Made by a program: the position numbers and the translations under genes. A DNA stretch of 64,000 nucleotides from an uncultured Gammaproteobacteria bacterium (GTDB lineage Bacteria > Pseudomonadota > Gammaproteobacteria > Steroidobacterales > Woeseiaceae), in assembly GCA_963800915.1 (NCBI GenBank), contig CAWDCR010000012.1:11255-75254 (forward strand), in the 5' to 3' direction. This document shows positions 21,305 to 30,777 of the stretch, one piece after another; within the stretch, counting starts at the first letter, position 1; each line of letters begins with the position of its first letter. The notes under the pieces are model-generated. The model was not told the origin of the DNA. It worked only from the letters and a program-made list of their open reading frames with translations, and made no database searches.

Positions 21305-23116
21305 TTAAATAGCCCCGAAGGCGCGGAAACGCGTGCGCAGCGTGTCGATGCCGATGACCGACGTGTCTGGCACGATAGCAAGATTGTTGGCAATGAAATC
21401 CGGCACCGCGGCTGCCGTCAGGGGCTCGCTGACCAGGAAACCCTGTAACGCATCGCAGCCTTCCCTGCGCAGGAAATCGATTTGCGGAAGGTTTTCAACG
21501 CCTTCGGCAATAACGGTTAGTCCCAGGCTCTTCGCCATGGCGATAGTCGCCGCGCAGACGGCGCGCTCGGGTGAATCGCTTGCGCAGCGCTCGATAAACG
21601 ACCGGTCGATCTTGATCGCCTGGATGGGCAGCCGCGCCAAACGAGCAAGCGAGGAGTAGCCGACGCCAAAGTCATCGATGACGAGGCCGATGCCGATATC
21701 CCTGAGCTTCTCGAGGATCAGCTCGGCATTGCTGGCTCGCGTCAGTGATTTCTCGCCGATCTCCAGTTCGAGCGCGGCGGCCGGCAGTCCCGAGCTTTCC
21801 AGCGTATTAAGCACGATCGCTGCGAGGCCGTCGCGCGAGAACTCGGATTCGGACAGGTTGATGGACACGGGCGGCATGCCCTTGATGTCGCGCCGCCAGC
21901 GTTCCGCCTGGGCACAGGCGGATTCCAGGATCCATTCGCCGAGCGGCCGCATCAGGCCCGACGCCTCGGCGACCGGCAGCACTTCGTCGAGTGCGACAAC
22001 GCCGCGCAGCGGATGTTCCCAGCGCAGCAGGGCCTCAAGGCCCGTAATGCGCCCGGTCCTGAGATCGATGCGCGGCAGGTAACGAAGGCTGAGCTGATTG
22101 TTGTCGATGGCCCAGCCCAGCTCCGACTTTTCGTCGATCCGCTTGACCGCGCGAAAGCGCATCGTGCTCGAATAAAACTCATAGCCATCGTCATTGCGGA
22201 TCGTCGCTTCATCAAGCGCAACGCGCGCGTGATTCAGCAGATCGCCGCCTGAGTCCCCGTCACCCGGGTGCATGGCAATGCCTACGATCGGCTCAATCAG
22301 CAGCTGGTGCTCTTCGAATTCAAGCGGGCTGACGAATGCGACCCGGATGCGGTCGGCGACTTCGCGCAGCGCATCGCGGCTGTCGATATCCTGCAGCACG
22401 ACCATGAACTCTTCGTGATCGAGACGCGTCAGGTCATTCGGGTTCGCTTCTTCGGCGCCATGGCAGCTGTGCCTGCCGTGGCGTCGCAGGCAATCTTCGA
22501 TACGTTGCTTTGCCGTCTTAAGCAAACTGCGGCGCACCGGCTTGCCGAGCCGCTTGGTCAGGCTTGCAAACTGGTCGAGGCCGATCACCATCACCGCCAG
22601 ACCGCGCTCACGAAGCCGGGCTTCGCTGACGGCCGCGTCCAGCAGCAGTTCGGCGCTGTTCGAGATACGCGCCAGCACGGCGGTATTGGAGGCAGACTGA
22701 GCTTCATTGCCGGCAGGAAAGCGCTGCAGGTCGCGGAGCACACCCATGACCAGCGCGCGGCCGGCCACGATCAGCCGCAGCTCGTAACGGCGCGCTTCAG
22801 ATTCAACATCGAACTGGAAAGAAATTTCTGCGCGCGAACGCAGAACCTTGCGGATATTCATCTTGATCAGCCGGGCAACCTCGCCCGGCAGGTCAGCAGT
22901 AATGTCGATGCCGGCTTCCCGCCGCGGACAGAATTCGGGGACCGACGTGTTGCCGGAAACGCTTTCGACAAGCACAGCGCTGTCGGACGTGATAAACGTC
23001 CAGTCAGGCGATGTCAGTGCGGCAGGGCCGTTTGCACTCTGGCTTGTCAGGCGATTCTTCAAGTTGTCCTGTCCCATATATTCCCGAACAAAGCCCGCGT
23101 CATCGGCTGTCGTCAT
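21305..23116 (-). CDS. c-di-GMP phosphodiesterase (degenerate GGDEF + EAL)
   Basis: RLDHEEF in place of GGDEF; EALLRW, SINLS, DDFGVGYSS, IKIDRSF, AEGVE, QGF intact. Confidence 0.88.
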   Translation of the reverse strand: MTTADDAGFVREYMGQDNLKNRLTSQSANGPAALTSPDWTFITSDSAVLVESVSGNTSVPEFCPRREAGIDITADLPGEVARLIKMNIRKVLRSRAEISFQFDVESEARRYELRLIVAGRALVMGVLRDLQRFPAGNEAQSASNTAVLARISNSAELLLDAAVSEARLRERGLAVMVIGLDQFASLTKRLGKPVRRSLLKTAKQRIEDCLRRHGRHSCHGAEEANPNDLTRLDHEEFMVVLQDIDSRDALREVADRIRVAFVSPLEFEEHQLLIEPIVGIAMHPGDGDSGGDLLNHARVALDEATIRNDDGYEFYSSTMRFRAVKRIDEKSELGWAIDNNQLSLRYLPRIDLRTGRITGLEALLRWEHPLRGVVALDEVLPVAEASGLMRPLGEWILESACAQAERWRRDIKGMPPVSINLSESEFSRDGLAAIVLNTLESSGLPAAALELEIGEKSLTRASNAELILEKLRDIGIGLVIDDFGVGYSSLARLARLPIQAIKIDRSFIERCASDSPERAVCAATIAMAKSLGLTVIAEGVENLPQIDFLRREGCDALQGFLVSEPLTAAAVPDFIANNLAIVPDTSVIGIDTLRTRFRAFGAI

Positions 23117-23189
23117 CGGCCCTTGTCATGGGCCCTTGTCATGGGCCCTAGTCATGGGCCCTTGTCATCAGCCCTCGTCATCGGCCATT
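23099..23189. repeat. 13-bp tandem repeat GTCATGGGCCCTT x7 spanning the PDE start
   Basis: Units start at 23099, 23112, 23125, 23138, 23151, 23164, 23177. Confidence 0.88.
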
Positions 23190-23395
23190 GGCGCAGCTCG
23201 TGCTGCCGGTTGCCTTGATGCCACGGCACCGCAAAAAAAGGATCTTTGCCCGGAGGATCAGGTTAACGGCCTTTCGCCGGCCTTTGAGTGACGCAGTTCG
23301 CCCTTTTCCTGCCGTTGCCGGAGCCGTGGCGCGATCCTGCAAACAGAGTGCCCGGGCGGGATGGCATGACACCTGCAAATGTCAGCCGACCCTGC

Positions 23396-25285
23396 TCAGA
23401 TCTCACGATCCGGCACCACCCGCAACGCCAGCAAATCACTCTCGGAGCGAATGATGGGCGAATAGTCGGTGCGGGCACAGGCGCCGGCGTAATTGCCTCC
23501 TGCGGTAAATGTGCAGATCTGGATATTCAGGCCGTCGACCTGCGGTAACGGAAACAGCTCCTGGTACATCAGGTCGCGATTATCGAAAGCACCATCTGAT
23601 TGCTGCAACAGCGTGCTGTCGCGGTCGATCAGGCTGATATTGGAGCCGCAGCGTCCGACGATGGGCTTGACAACATAGCCGGCCGCTTTGAGTTCGTCAT
23701 CCAGTTCGTAGGTTGCGCGCAGCAGGTACGGGTGATTCGGAAACAGCTCCCACAGCACCGGCAGTATCGCCTTGTTGCTCGGAATGAGCGTCCATAGCGG
23801 CTCGAACACCGTGACGTTCTTGCGCAGCAGCACATCGACGAGCCGCGGCGCCCAGTCCTTGCGCCGGCCGGGTTCGTAGCTCGCCAGTCTTGCGTTGTCC
23901 TCCTCGCATTCTTCACGAATCTGATCGAGCGCGGTTTCCCACGCCCAGGTTTTCCAGACCCAGCGAATGGCTTCGCCGTCCGCGTCGAGCATGTTGCCGC
24001 CATCGGCCCACTGCAAGCCGTCAAGGTTTTGCAGCACTTTGCACTTCAGGCCGGCTGCTTCAATCGCCTCCTGCATGAACAGGGCGTGATACGTCTCCTC
24101 GGGATCATCGTCGCGAAGGATGTGCACGAGACCTTGCGCGTCGCTCTCGCGCCACGCGTCGACGAGTCTTTCGTACAGCTCTGCGCCGGGATCGTCGCCG
24201 TCGTCGCAGCCGACGTGCTCAGCCCATTTGCCCTGGATGATCGCGGTTTCCGTGTGGCAGGACGCGGAGTCGGCGTTGTATTCGTACACCTTGATGCCCT
24301 CCGTGGTCATCGCGAAGTCGAGACGCCCGGTGATCATCTGGTTGCGGCGGTTGTTCCAGGACTCGTGAATGCGTGGCCAGATCGACGACGGAATCTTGAA
24401 ACGCGCGAGGCGTTTCTCATCCTGCAGCACGTAATTCGTCGCGTGCAAAAACAGCGCATGCAGTTCGTTCGAAGCACGCTTCAGCCGGTCTTCGCCGGCC
24501 TGCGATATGCGGATGTAGCGATACTGGTCTTCGGGCCGCGCGGACAGGAAGTCGCCATGCATCATCTCGGCATAGGCGGCTTCAACCGGGTTTGCATCGT
24601 TCAGCCAGCTGTTGTCGCTGTCCGGCAGGGACTCGAGCTGCCTGATGTCCATCGCCAGCAGGCGCTGATTAAACTCGGGACGCGAGGCCGCGTACTGTGC
24701 GTCATCCGTTTGCAGCACCCAGCCGATAATCCCGCCGCCGAGTGACGGCGAGCGAATCCAGTACTCACCTTCCGGGCTGGTGCGCGCTTCAATCTCTCGC
24801 GAGTAATTGCAGCCATCGGCCCACGGCCGGTGGCTGTAGTTCTGTTCAGCGATACGCACGCGATCAGGAAACACCTCGGTGACGATCGCGACGTGGCCGG
24901 TGCGTTCGAACTCACCGCCTTCGCCCCAGATCAGCAGGCAGCCGGGTTCCGGCAGGCGTTTCGAGCCGTTTTCAAATGACTGCATCGGCAGGCGCCGGCC
25001 GGTCGCAATCTCGGTGAACTCGGCAAGGTTGAAAATTTCATAGGCCATCGCGACGTCAGCAAAGGTGTAGCCGAAGTTGACGTACAGCCAGCGACGCGCG
25101 AACTCAACGCACTGCCACTTGTAGCCCATGTAGGTGCCATCGAGGTAGCTGCGGTACGAGTGGCGATCCGGGTATTCCTTGTCGTCGGCTGTGTCATAGT
25201 CACTCGAATAAGCGGGCACCTCGCCCGGCGAAATACCAATTACTGTACCAAATGGAACACGCGGCTTTTCCTGCGTCTCAGTCAT
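23396..25285 (-). CDS. gsp: Bifunctional glutathionylspermidine amidase/synthetase
   Basis: CHAP amidase KWQCVEFARR...GHVAI...AEQN; synthetase GRLDF, YEYNADS, WKTWAWE, SNKAIL, GRCGSNI. Confidence 0.93.
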   Translation of the reverse strand: MTETQEKPRVPFGTVIGISPGEVPAYSSDYDTADDKEYPDRHSYRSYLDGTYMGYKWQCVEFARRWLYVNFGYTFADVAMAYEIFNLAEFTEIATGRRLPMQSFENGSKRLPEPGCLLIWGEGGEFERTGHVAIVTEVFPDRVRIAEQNYSHRPWADGCNYSREIEARTSPEGEYWIRSPSLGGGIIGWVLQTDDAQYAASRPEFNQRLLAMDIRQLESLPDSDNSWLNDANPVEAAYAEMMHGDFLSARPEDQYRYIRISQAGEDRLKRASNELHALFLHATNYVLQDEKRLARFKIPSSIWPRIHESWNNRRNQMITGRLDFAMTTEGIKVYEYNADSASCHTETAIIQGKWAEHVGCDDGDDPGAELYERLVDAWRESDAQGLVHILRDDDPEETYHALFMQEAIEAAGLKCKVLQNLDGLQWADGGNMLDADGEAIRWVWKTWAWETALDQIREECEEDNARLASYEPGRRKDWAPRLVDVLLRKNVTVFEPLWTLIPSNKAILPVLWELFPNHPYLLRATYELDDELKAAGYVVKPIVGRCGSNISLIDRDSTLLQQSDGAFDNRDLMYQELFPLPQVDGLNIQICTFTAGGNYAGACARTDYSPIIRSESDLLALRVVPDREI

Positions 25286-25395
25286 GCTGATTCCTGGAGT
25301 TAAACAATGTAAACAAAAAAATAAGGCGCTCTAGCTGCCGGAGGTCCTGCCCTGCGATTCGATGTATCACTTAAGACGAAGCGGCGAAATTACGT

Positions 25396-26775
25396 TCACT
25401 CGGCCATCACGAGTTCCAGTCTTTCCGGATTACGCCAGTGCCCGCCTCTTAATCGCAGCGAATAAACCAGCGCGATCGCGAGGATCAGCACAACGAATGC
25501 AATCCACGAAATTTTCGGCCCCAGCTCGAACACGCGAATGATGAAAAACTGCGCAACCAGCATTGCCCAATGCAATAACACAGAGGCGACCATCAACCAG
25601 CGCGTGTCGCCCGCGCCGCGCAATATGCCGCCGCACACGAGGATCACGGCATCGGCCATCATGTAGCTCGACAGGCCCACCATCATGAAAGCGGACAGCT
25701 CGCGAATGGCGCTGAAGTCGCCACTTGGTGGCGCGAAGACCTCGACAAGGGGGAAGCGAAAGGTAATGTAGATAGCGGCGAGCACGCCGGAATAAACGAG
25801 CGCAACCGCGAAGGCCGCCGTCATAACCTCATCGACACGCGCCATGTCACGCGACCCGACGAAGCGGCCGATCATGCTAATAACGCCGACACTGAGTCCG
25901 ATCATTGGCACGAATGACAGTATGTCCCAGTTAAATACAACGGCAGCCGAGGCTGCTGCCGCGATGCCGTAACCCTGGAACATGAGCAGGAACAGGTTGA
26001 ACGCCGCCACGTTCAGGAACAGCTCGAGTCCGGACGGGAAGCCGAGTCGCCAGAAACGGCGCAGGATTTTTCGATCGAGCGAAAACGAACGCAGCACGGC
26101 AAACTTTTCGCGGTGTTCCTTAGCAAAATAGAAGGCGATGAAAAGTGCGAACGCCAGCACAGTGGCGAACACGGTCGACACACCGGCACCGACGATGCCG
26201 AGTTCCGGGAAACCCAGCTTGCCGAACACCATCACGTAGCTGAGCGGCACGTTGATGAGTAGTCCGAATACATCGCAAATCATCACGACATAGGTGCGGC
26301 CGATACCGGCGAAGTAGGATGACAAACAGACCTTGGCGAGCGTTATCGGCACACCGGCCATCAGGATCAGGTAGTAGGTTCGCTCCAGTTCGACCTGCTC
26401 GGCAGCGTGCCCCATGGTCTCGAACACGCCGGCCACCAGGAACGTGATCAGGCTGAGGAACGGCAGGCTCATCAATGTCATGATCAGGCCCTGCGTGACG
26501 ACCTTCGGGCACTTGCCGGGCTCGCCTGCGCCAAGGTACTGCGCAGCCATCGCGTTCGCGTACGAGAACAGGCCCATGAAAAAGCAGAAGGAGAAGAACG
26601 AGGCCACGCCACCGCCCAGCGCCGATGCCATGTGCACCGGGTCAATCTGCGACATGAAGTAACGATCGGTGAAAATCATTACCGCAAACGTGCCCTGCGA
26701 TACCACCATCGGCAGCGCGAGTCGCAATAGCTCGACCAGCGTTCGCCGGTTCAGGTTTCGATGCAGTGACAGCAC
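25396..26775 (-). CDS. MATE-family efflux transporter
   Basis: LLRLALP; ~12 TM; AQYLGAG; GILRGAGDT. Confidence 0.9.
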   Translation of the reverse strand: MLSLHRNLNRRTLVELLRLALPMVVSQGTFAVMIFTDRYFMSQIDPVHMASALGGGVASFFSFCFFMGLFSYANAMAAQYLGAGEPGKCPKVVTQGLIMTLMSLPFLSLITFLVAGVFETMGHAAEQVELERTYYLILMAGVPITLAKVCLSSYFAGIGRTYVVMICDVFGLLINVPLSYVMVFGKLGFPELGIVGAGVSTVFATVLAFALFIAFYFAKEHREKFAVLRSFSLDRKILRRFWRLGFPSGLELFLNVAAFNLFLLMFQGYGIAAAASAAVVFNWDILSFVPMIGLSVGVISMIGRFVGSRDMARVDEVMTAAFAVALVYSGVLAAIYITFRFPLVEVFAPPSGDFSAIRELSAFMMVGLSSYMMADAVILVCGGILRGAGDTRWLMVASVLLHWAMLVAQFFIIRVFELGPKISWIAFVVLILAIALVYSLRLRGGHWRNPERLELVMAE

Positions 26776-27056
26776 GTTGATTTGCAGTGGGTGTTTGAAG
26801 AACCGGGAAGTTTACGCACTCCGCATTGTGCGCGAAAGGCCTGCTGGTTTGACTTGCGGACTCATTCGATCACAGTTGTGCAGCGTGACCGTAACTGCAG
26901 CAACAAACTCCGGTGCATTCGTTTGTTGCATGTCGCGGAGGCCCGTCAAGGAATCCGCGAAGTGCTTCTTGCATTCACCAGGTCAGCGATGCTCGCTGAG
27001 GCAACAAAAGGCGCTGCCGGATTGCATCCCGGGTGCGAAATCCTGGAGCAGTATTC

Positions 27057-27890
27057 CTAGTTCATCGGCAACGCATGACGCTGGTCATAAGCGTCACTGT
27101 AACGAACGATCCTGCGCGTGCCGAGCTTGTCGCCGTTGCTGAACTCGCTGGCTCGGGCGGTTACCTCAAACATCGCCCTGCCAATCTGCTCTGCCCTGAC
27201 CGCGGCACCGACGGGCCTGAAAAACCAGTATAAAAGAACCTGCCCGAGGTGCGCTTCTTCGGCGGTCGGCCCGATATAGTCGGGCCGGTAGGCGATGACG
27301 CGCAGCTTCGTGCCGGCGGCGAGTGCAAACAGTGTTTGCTCGGCCCGTACTTTTTCACGCGCCCACATGGCGCTGGAATCCTCCGAGATATCGCTGGAGC
27401 TGATGTAGTGGAATGTCATGTCGGAGTTGCGGCCGACTGCGAGCCATTCGCTGACGAAGCGTGCGGGAAAATCAACGTGAATCATGCCGTAGGTTTTCTC
27501 ATCGACGCCGATCGAGCTGATGCCTATCGCCCAGTAGGTGGCGTCGGCGTCTGCAATCTGCTCATGGATTGCCGAATAGTCGAGGTAATCGCGGTGCATC
27601 GTCACCTGCACTTTGCCGGCAGCGACGCCTTCTTCAATGCGCGGCGTGACGCGGCGCGTGATGACGTGGATCAGTTTGATTTCCGGATTGCTGAGGGCCG
27701 CCTTCAGGATGCCGTCGCCGGCTGTCCCGCTGGCACCGAAGATTACGACCGTCTGGTACGCGGCTGGTGAGCCGGGAAGTACCGGTATCGCGTCACTTTT
27801 AAATGCCAGCGCCACCGCAGCCGCCACATACACCGCAGCGAACAGTGCGAACGGAGCAAGCAGGATTGTCTTCAGGCGCGGCATTTTCAC
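27057..27890 (-). CDS. NAD(P)-binding Rossmann protein (atypical SDR) with N-terminal TM/signal
   Basis: VIFGASGTAG; WAREKVRAE; YRPDYI. Confidence 0.75.
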   Translation of the reverse strand: MKMPRLKTILLAPFALFAAVYVAAAVALAFKSDAIPVLPGSPAAYQTVVIFGASGTAGDGILKAALSNPEIKLIHVITRRVTPRIEEGVAAGKVQVTMHRDYLDYSAIHEQIADADATYWAIGISSIGVDEKTYGMIHVDFPARFVSEWLAVGRNSDMTFHYISSSDISEDSSAMWAREKVRAEQTLFALAAGTKLRVIAYRPDYIGPTAEEAHLGQVLLYWFFRPVGAAVRAEQIGRAMFEVTARASEFSNGDKLGTRRIVRYSDAYDQRHALPMN

Positions 27891-27941
27891 AGGAGCAGCA
27901 TACCAGCACCGCAGCAGGCACCGGCGCTGCGCTGCGACCGT

Positions 27942-29291
27942 TTACAACTCCGACCAGCCCGCCGATGTCTGGATCAGCACGGCAACGAGCTTCACGAGGT
28001 CGTCAATATCCACCCATTCGTTCGGTCCGTAGAAGTTGCCGCCAATCGAGCCGATGCCGTAAGCGGGCACGCCCAGCAGGCGAATCGGGTAGCGGATGTC
28101 GCCCGCGTAATGATTGGGATAGGCATCCGGCGCGCGGCCTGTGACGTCTTCAATCGAATCCCGCAGCACGCGGCTGACGGGCGCATCCCAGTCGGCCTCG
28201 CCCGGATTGGTACGGTAGGCGACCGGTTCAATGGCGATTGCGTAGCCCGGCTGCGTTTGTGGCAATGCCTGCATGAATCGATCGATTTCGCCGCGCGCCG
28301 CTGCCAGCAGGCCGGTCCAGCTGTGATCGCCGCTGAACTTCAAACGAAAACTGGCGCTGGCGTTTTCCGCTGCCGAGCCCATACGATCGCCACCGGCCAT
28401 TGCGCCCAGGTTAAACAGAACGTCAGCGAATACCGTGGCGCGCAGATGCTCAAGAAGCTGCCAGCACATGTCGAGCGCGTTGCCGCTGTCGTGCCACGCG
28501 GCCGAATCGACGCTGCCGATTTCCATCGGTGGCGCACGCCAGCCCGTAACCGAAAGCTTCAGGTCAACAACGCCCTGCACGGCGTTCTTGATGTCGTTCA
28601 GGCCGCGCCCGGTTTCCGCCGGATGCACATACAGCACGGCATCAATGCCATGTTTGCTGCCCTGCAAACGATCGAACACCGGCAAACTGCCGCGACTGCC
28701 ACCGCCCTTGCCATGCAGGCTCATCACGACGGGCAACGGCCCGCCCGCTTCGGCAAGCGCCGCCGCGGCGACCAGCATGGCGGCGACGCCACCCTTGTCA
28801 TCCGACGTGCCGAGGCCGTACAGGCGATTGCCGCGCATGACCGGCTCGAGCGGCGTCGTGTCCCAGCCGGCATCCATGCTGTGCGTATCGATGTGCGCGA
28901 ACATCGCGTGATTGCCGGCCATGCCCTGCTGCGGCCAGCCAACGACATTAATGAAAGGTCCGTCGCTTGGCGGATTGGGCGGCATGAACTCGGGATGGGC
29001 TTCGTAGCGACTCGGCCGGTCAGCGGATTCCTCGATTCGATAAGGCAGTGCCTGCAGATACTGTTTGACCACAGCCTGCGCATCGGCCGCCGACTCACCG
29101 GACAGGCTTTGCACACGAATCATTCGCGACAGCAGGTCGACCAGCTCAGCGCGTCGCGCATTCGCGAGTTGCAGCGCCTTTGACGATGGCAGCGCCTGAA
29201 CACCCGGTGCCAGTATCGACGTGGCAGCGACTGCGCCTGCACCACCCACGAAGCGGCGTCTTGAAATCGAAAGGTCTTTCTTGCTGCTCAT
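27942..29291 (-). CDS. Tat-exported M20 metallo-hydrolase (ArgE/DapE-like)
   Basis: SRRRFVGG Tat motif; AHIDT; LYGLGTSDDKGG; usual EE and C-terminal His appear replaced. Confidence 0.8.
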   Translation of the reverse strand: MSSKKDLSISRRRFVGGAGAVAATSILAPGVQALPSSKALQLANARRAELVDLLSRMIRVQSLSGESAADAQAVVKQYLQALPYRIEESADRPSRYEAHPEFMPPNPPSDGPFINVVGWPQQGMAGNHAMFAHIDTHSMDAGWDTTPLEPVMRGNRLYGLGTSDDKGGVAAMLVAAAALAEAGGPLPVVMSLHGKGGGSRGSLPVFDRLQGSKHGIDAVLYVHPAETGRGLNDIKNAVQGVVDLKLSVTGWRAPPMEIGSVDSAAWHDSGNALDMCWQLLEHLRATVFADVLFNLGAMAGGDRMGSAAENASASFRLKFSGDHSWTGLLAAARGEIDRFMQALPQTQPGYAIAIEPVAYRTNPGEADWDAPVSRVLRDSIEDVTGRAPDAYPNHYAGDIRYPIRLLGVPAYGIGSIGGNFYGPNEWVDIDDLVKLVAVLIQTSAGWSEL

Positions 29292-29398
29292 CTGCACTGT
29301 CTCCGTCGTGTTCGCGATTCTTGATTTTAATTCCTGCATTGTCCTGGCGGCCTCGAACGCTGCCGCCAGTTCACTGAGCGCGCGGCGGAGCGCCCAGC

Positions 29399-30631
29399 CT
29401 AGCCAAGCATTGCGCGATGCATCTTTACAGCACCGATGACGCGGTCAACGTGCTCTTCCGTGTTGTACACGTGCGGTGACATGCGAAAACCATTGACGGC
29501 AGCCGTTTGCACGCCAACGTCTGCAAACACCTGCTCGACCAGCTTGCCGGCATTGGGTCGGCCTGCGCGCAGGATAATTACGCTGCTGGCAAACGCAGGG
29601 TTCGATGCGGAAACGAACGGCACATCGAGGTCCTGCAAACCGGCGCGCAGCCGGTTCGCGATCTGCGCTGAGCGCTTCTCGATTCCGGCCGGTGTCATCG
29701 CCTTGTGGTACGCGGCGGCATCGACCAGTGAGGCGATCGCTGCATCATCGCGCTGCCCGAAGGCGTCGAACTTGCGGGCACCCTGCGGCGCGTCATGCGC
29801 GGCACCGCCCCAGGGCACGCTGACGATGTTCGGCCAGATCTGCCCGATGCGCGCCTCGCGCACGTACAGGATGCCGACCTCGCGCGGCCCCATGAACCAC
29901 TTGTGCGCGCTGCCGCTGAACGAATCGCATTCGATCGCGCCGAGATCGATATCGACCGCGCCCCAGGTTTGCGCGCCATCGACATGGATGTGCAAATCGG
30001 GGCTGCGCCTGCGCAGGGCTGAGCAAATTTCCGCGGCGGGCAGGCGGAATCCGGACACGTTGGAAATATGCGTGAAAGACACGACTTTGGTCTTGTCGCC
30101 GAGCGCGGCGACAAACAGGTCGACCACTTCGTCAACGCTATTGGTATCGACCGGTATCGAAAACACTCGCACATTCGCGCCAAGCCGTTCCGCCTGCACC
30201 TGCCACGCTACCAGGTTGGAAGGATGGTTCTGGTCCCACAGCACGACCTCGTCGCCTGCCGTTAACGGCACGCCCTGCACGATGACGTTATTGGCCTCCG
30301 AGGTATTGCGCACAATCGCGAGTTCGTCAGCGCTGACGCCGAGCATCGTCGCCACGTCGCGCCGCGCGGTTTCCTTGTGTGCCTCGATGCTGCGACGCGT
30401 GCCGGTGCTGAGTGAGCGATCCAGCTCGGCGGCATACTGCGCCTGCGCCGCGGTGACGCTCAACGGCATTGGGCACAGGTTGGCTGCATTCATCGGCACG
30501 TGATCTTCGGCAAAACCGAAACCGGGAGCTGCCGTCGTTATGGCCCGGGTCGCGGCTGCGCAGCCGGGCAGGCTGCCTGCAACGGATACACCGCCAACAA
30601 TTTTCAGAAACTCGCGTCTGGCAATACTCAT
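29399..30631 (-). CDS. Tat-exported class V PLP-dependent aminotransferase-fold enzyme
   Basis: ARREFLK; RNTSEAN; NHPS; HVDGAQ; SAHKWFMGP (PLP Lys); SPHVYN. Confidence 0.85.
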   Translation of the reverse strand: MSIARREFLKIVGGVSVAGSLPGCAAATRAITTAAPGFGFAEDHVPMNAANLCPMPLSVTAAQAQYAAELDRSLSTGTRRSIEAHKETARRDVATMLGVSADELAIVRNTSEANNVIVQGVPLTAGDEVVLWDQNHPSNLVAWQVQAERLGANVRVFSIPVDTNSVDEVVDLFVAALGDKTKVVSFTHISNVSGFRLPAAEICSALRRRSPDLHIHVDGAQTWGAVDIDLGAIECDSFSGSAHKWFMGPREVGILYVREARIGQIWPNIVSVPWGGAAHDAPQGARKFDAFGQRDDAAIASLVDAAAYHKAMTPAGIEKRSAQIANRLRAGLQDLDVPFVSASNPAFASSVIILRAGRPNAGKLVEQVFADVGVQTAAVNGFRMSPHVYNTEEHVDRVIGAVKMHRAMLG

Positions 30632-30777
30632 GTTTTTCCCCGCTACCGGTTTATGCAATCAATGCAGCGTGTGCTGCCTGCGATGCCGCAATGATTATCC
30701 AGCAATCGGGTAGCGGGAGCGAGGTTGATGGAATAGTCCAGCGCCTTCTTTTTTGTTACCCGCGCAATGTCCAGCGC

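Noticed and set aside
23230-23310. c-di-GMP-I riboswitch upstream of the PDE (AGGGCGAAC...GGCGAAAGGCC on minus strand)
   Set aside because: GACGCAAAG and P2 elements are not in the required order; resemblance is superficial.
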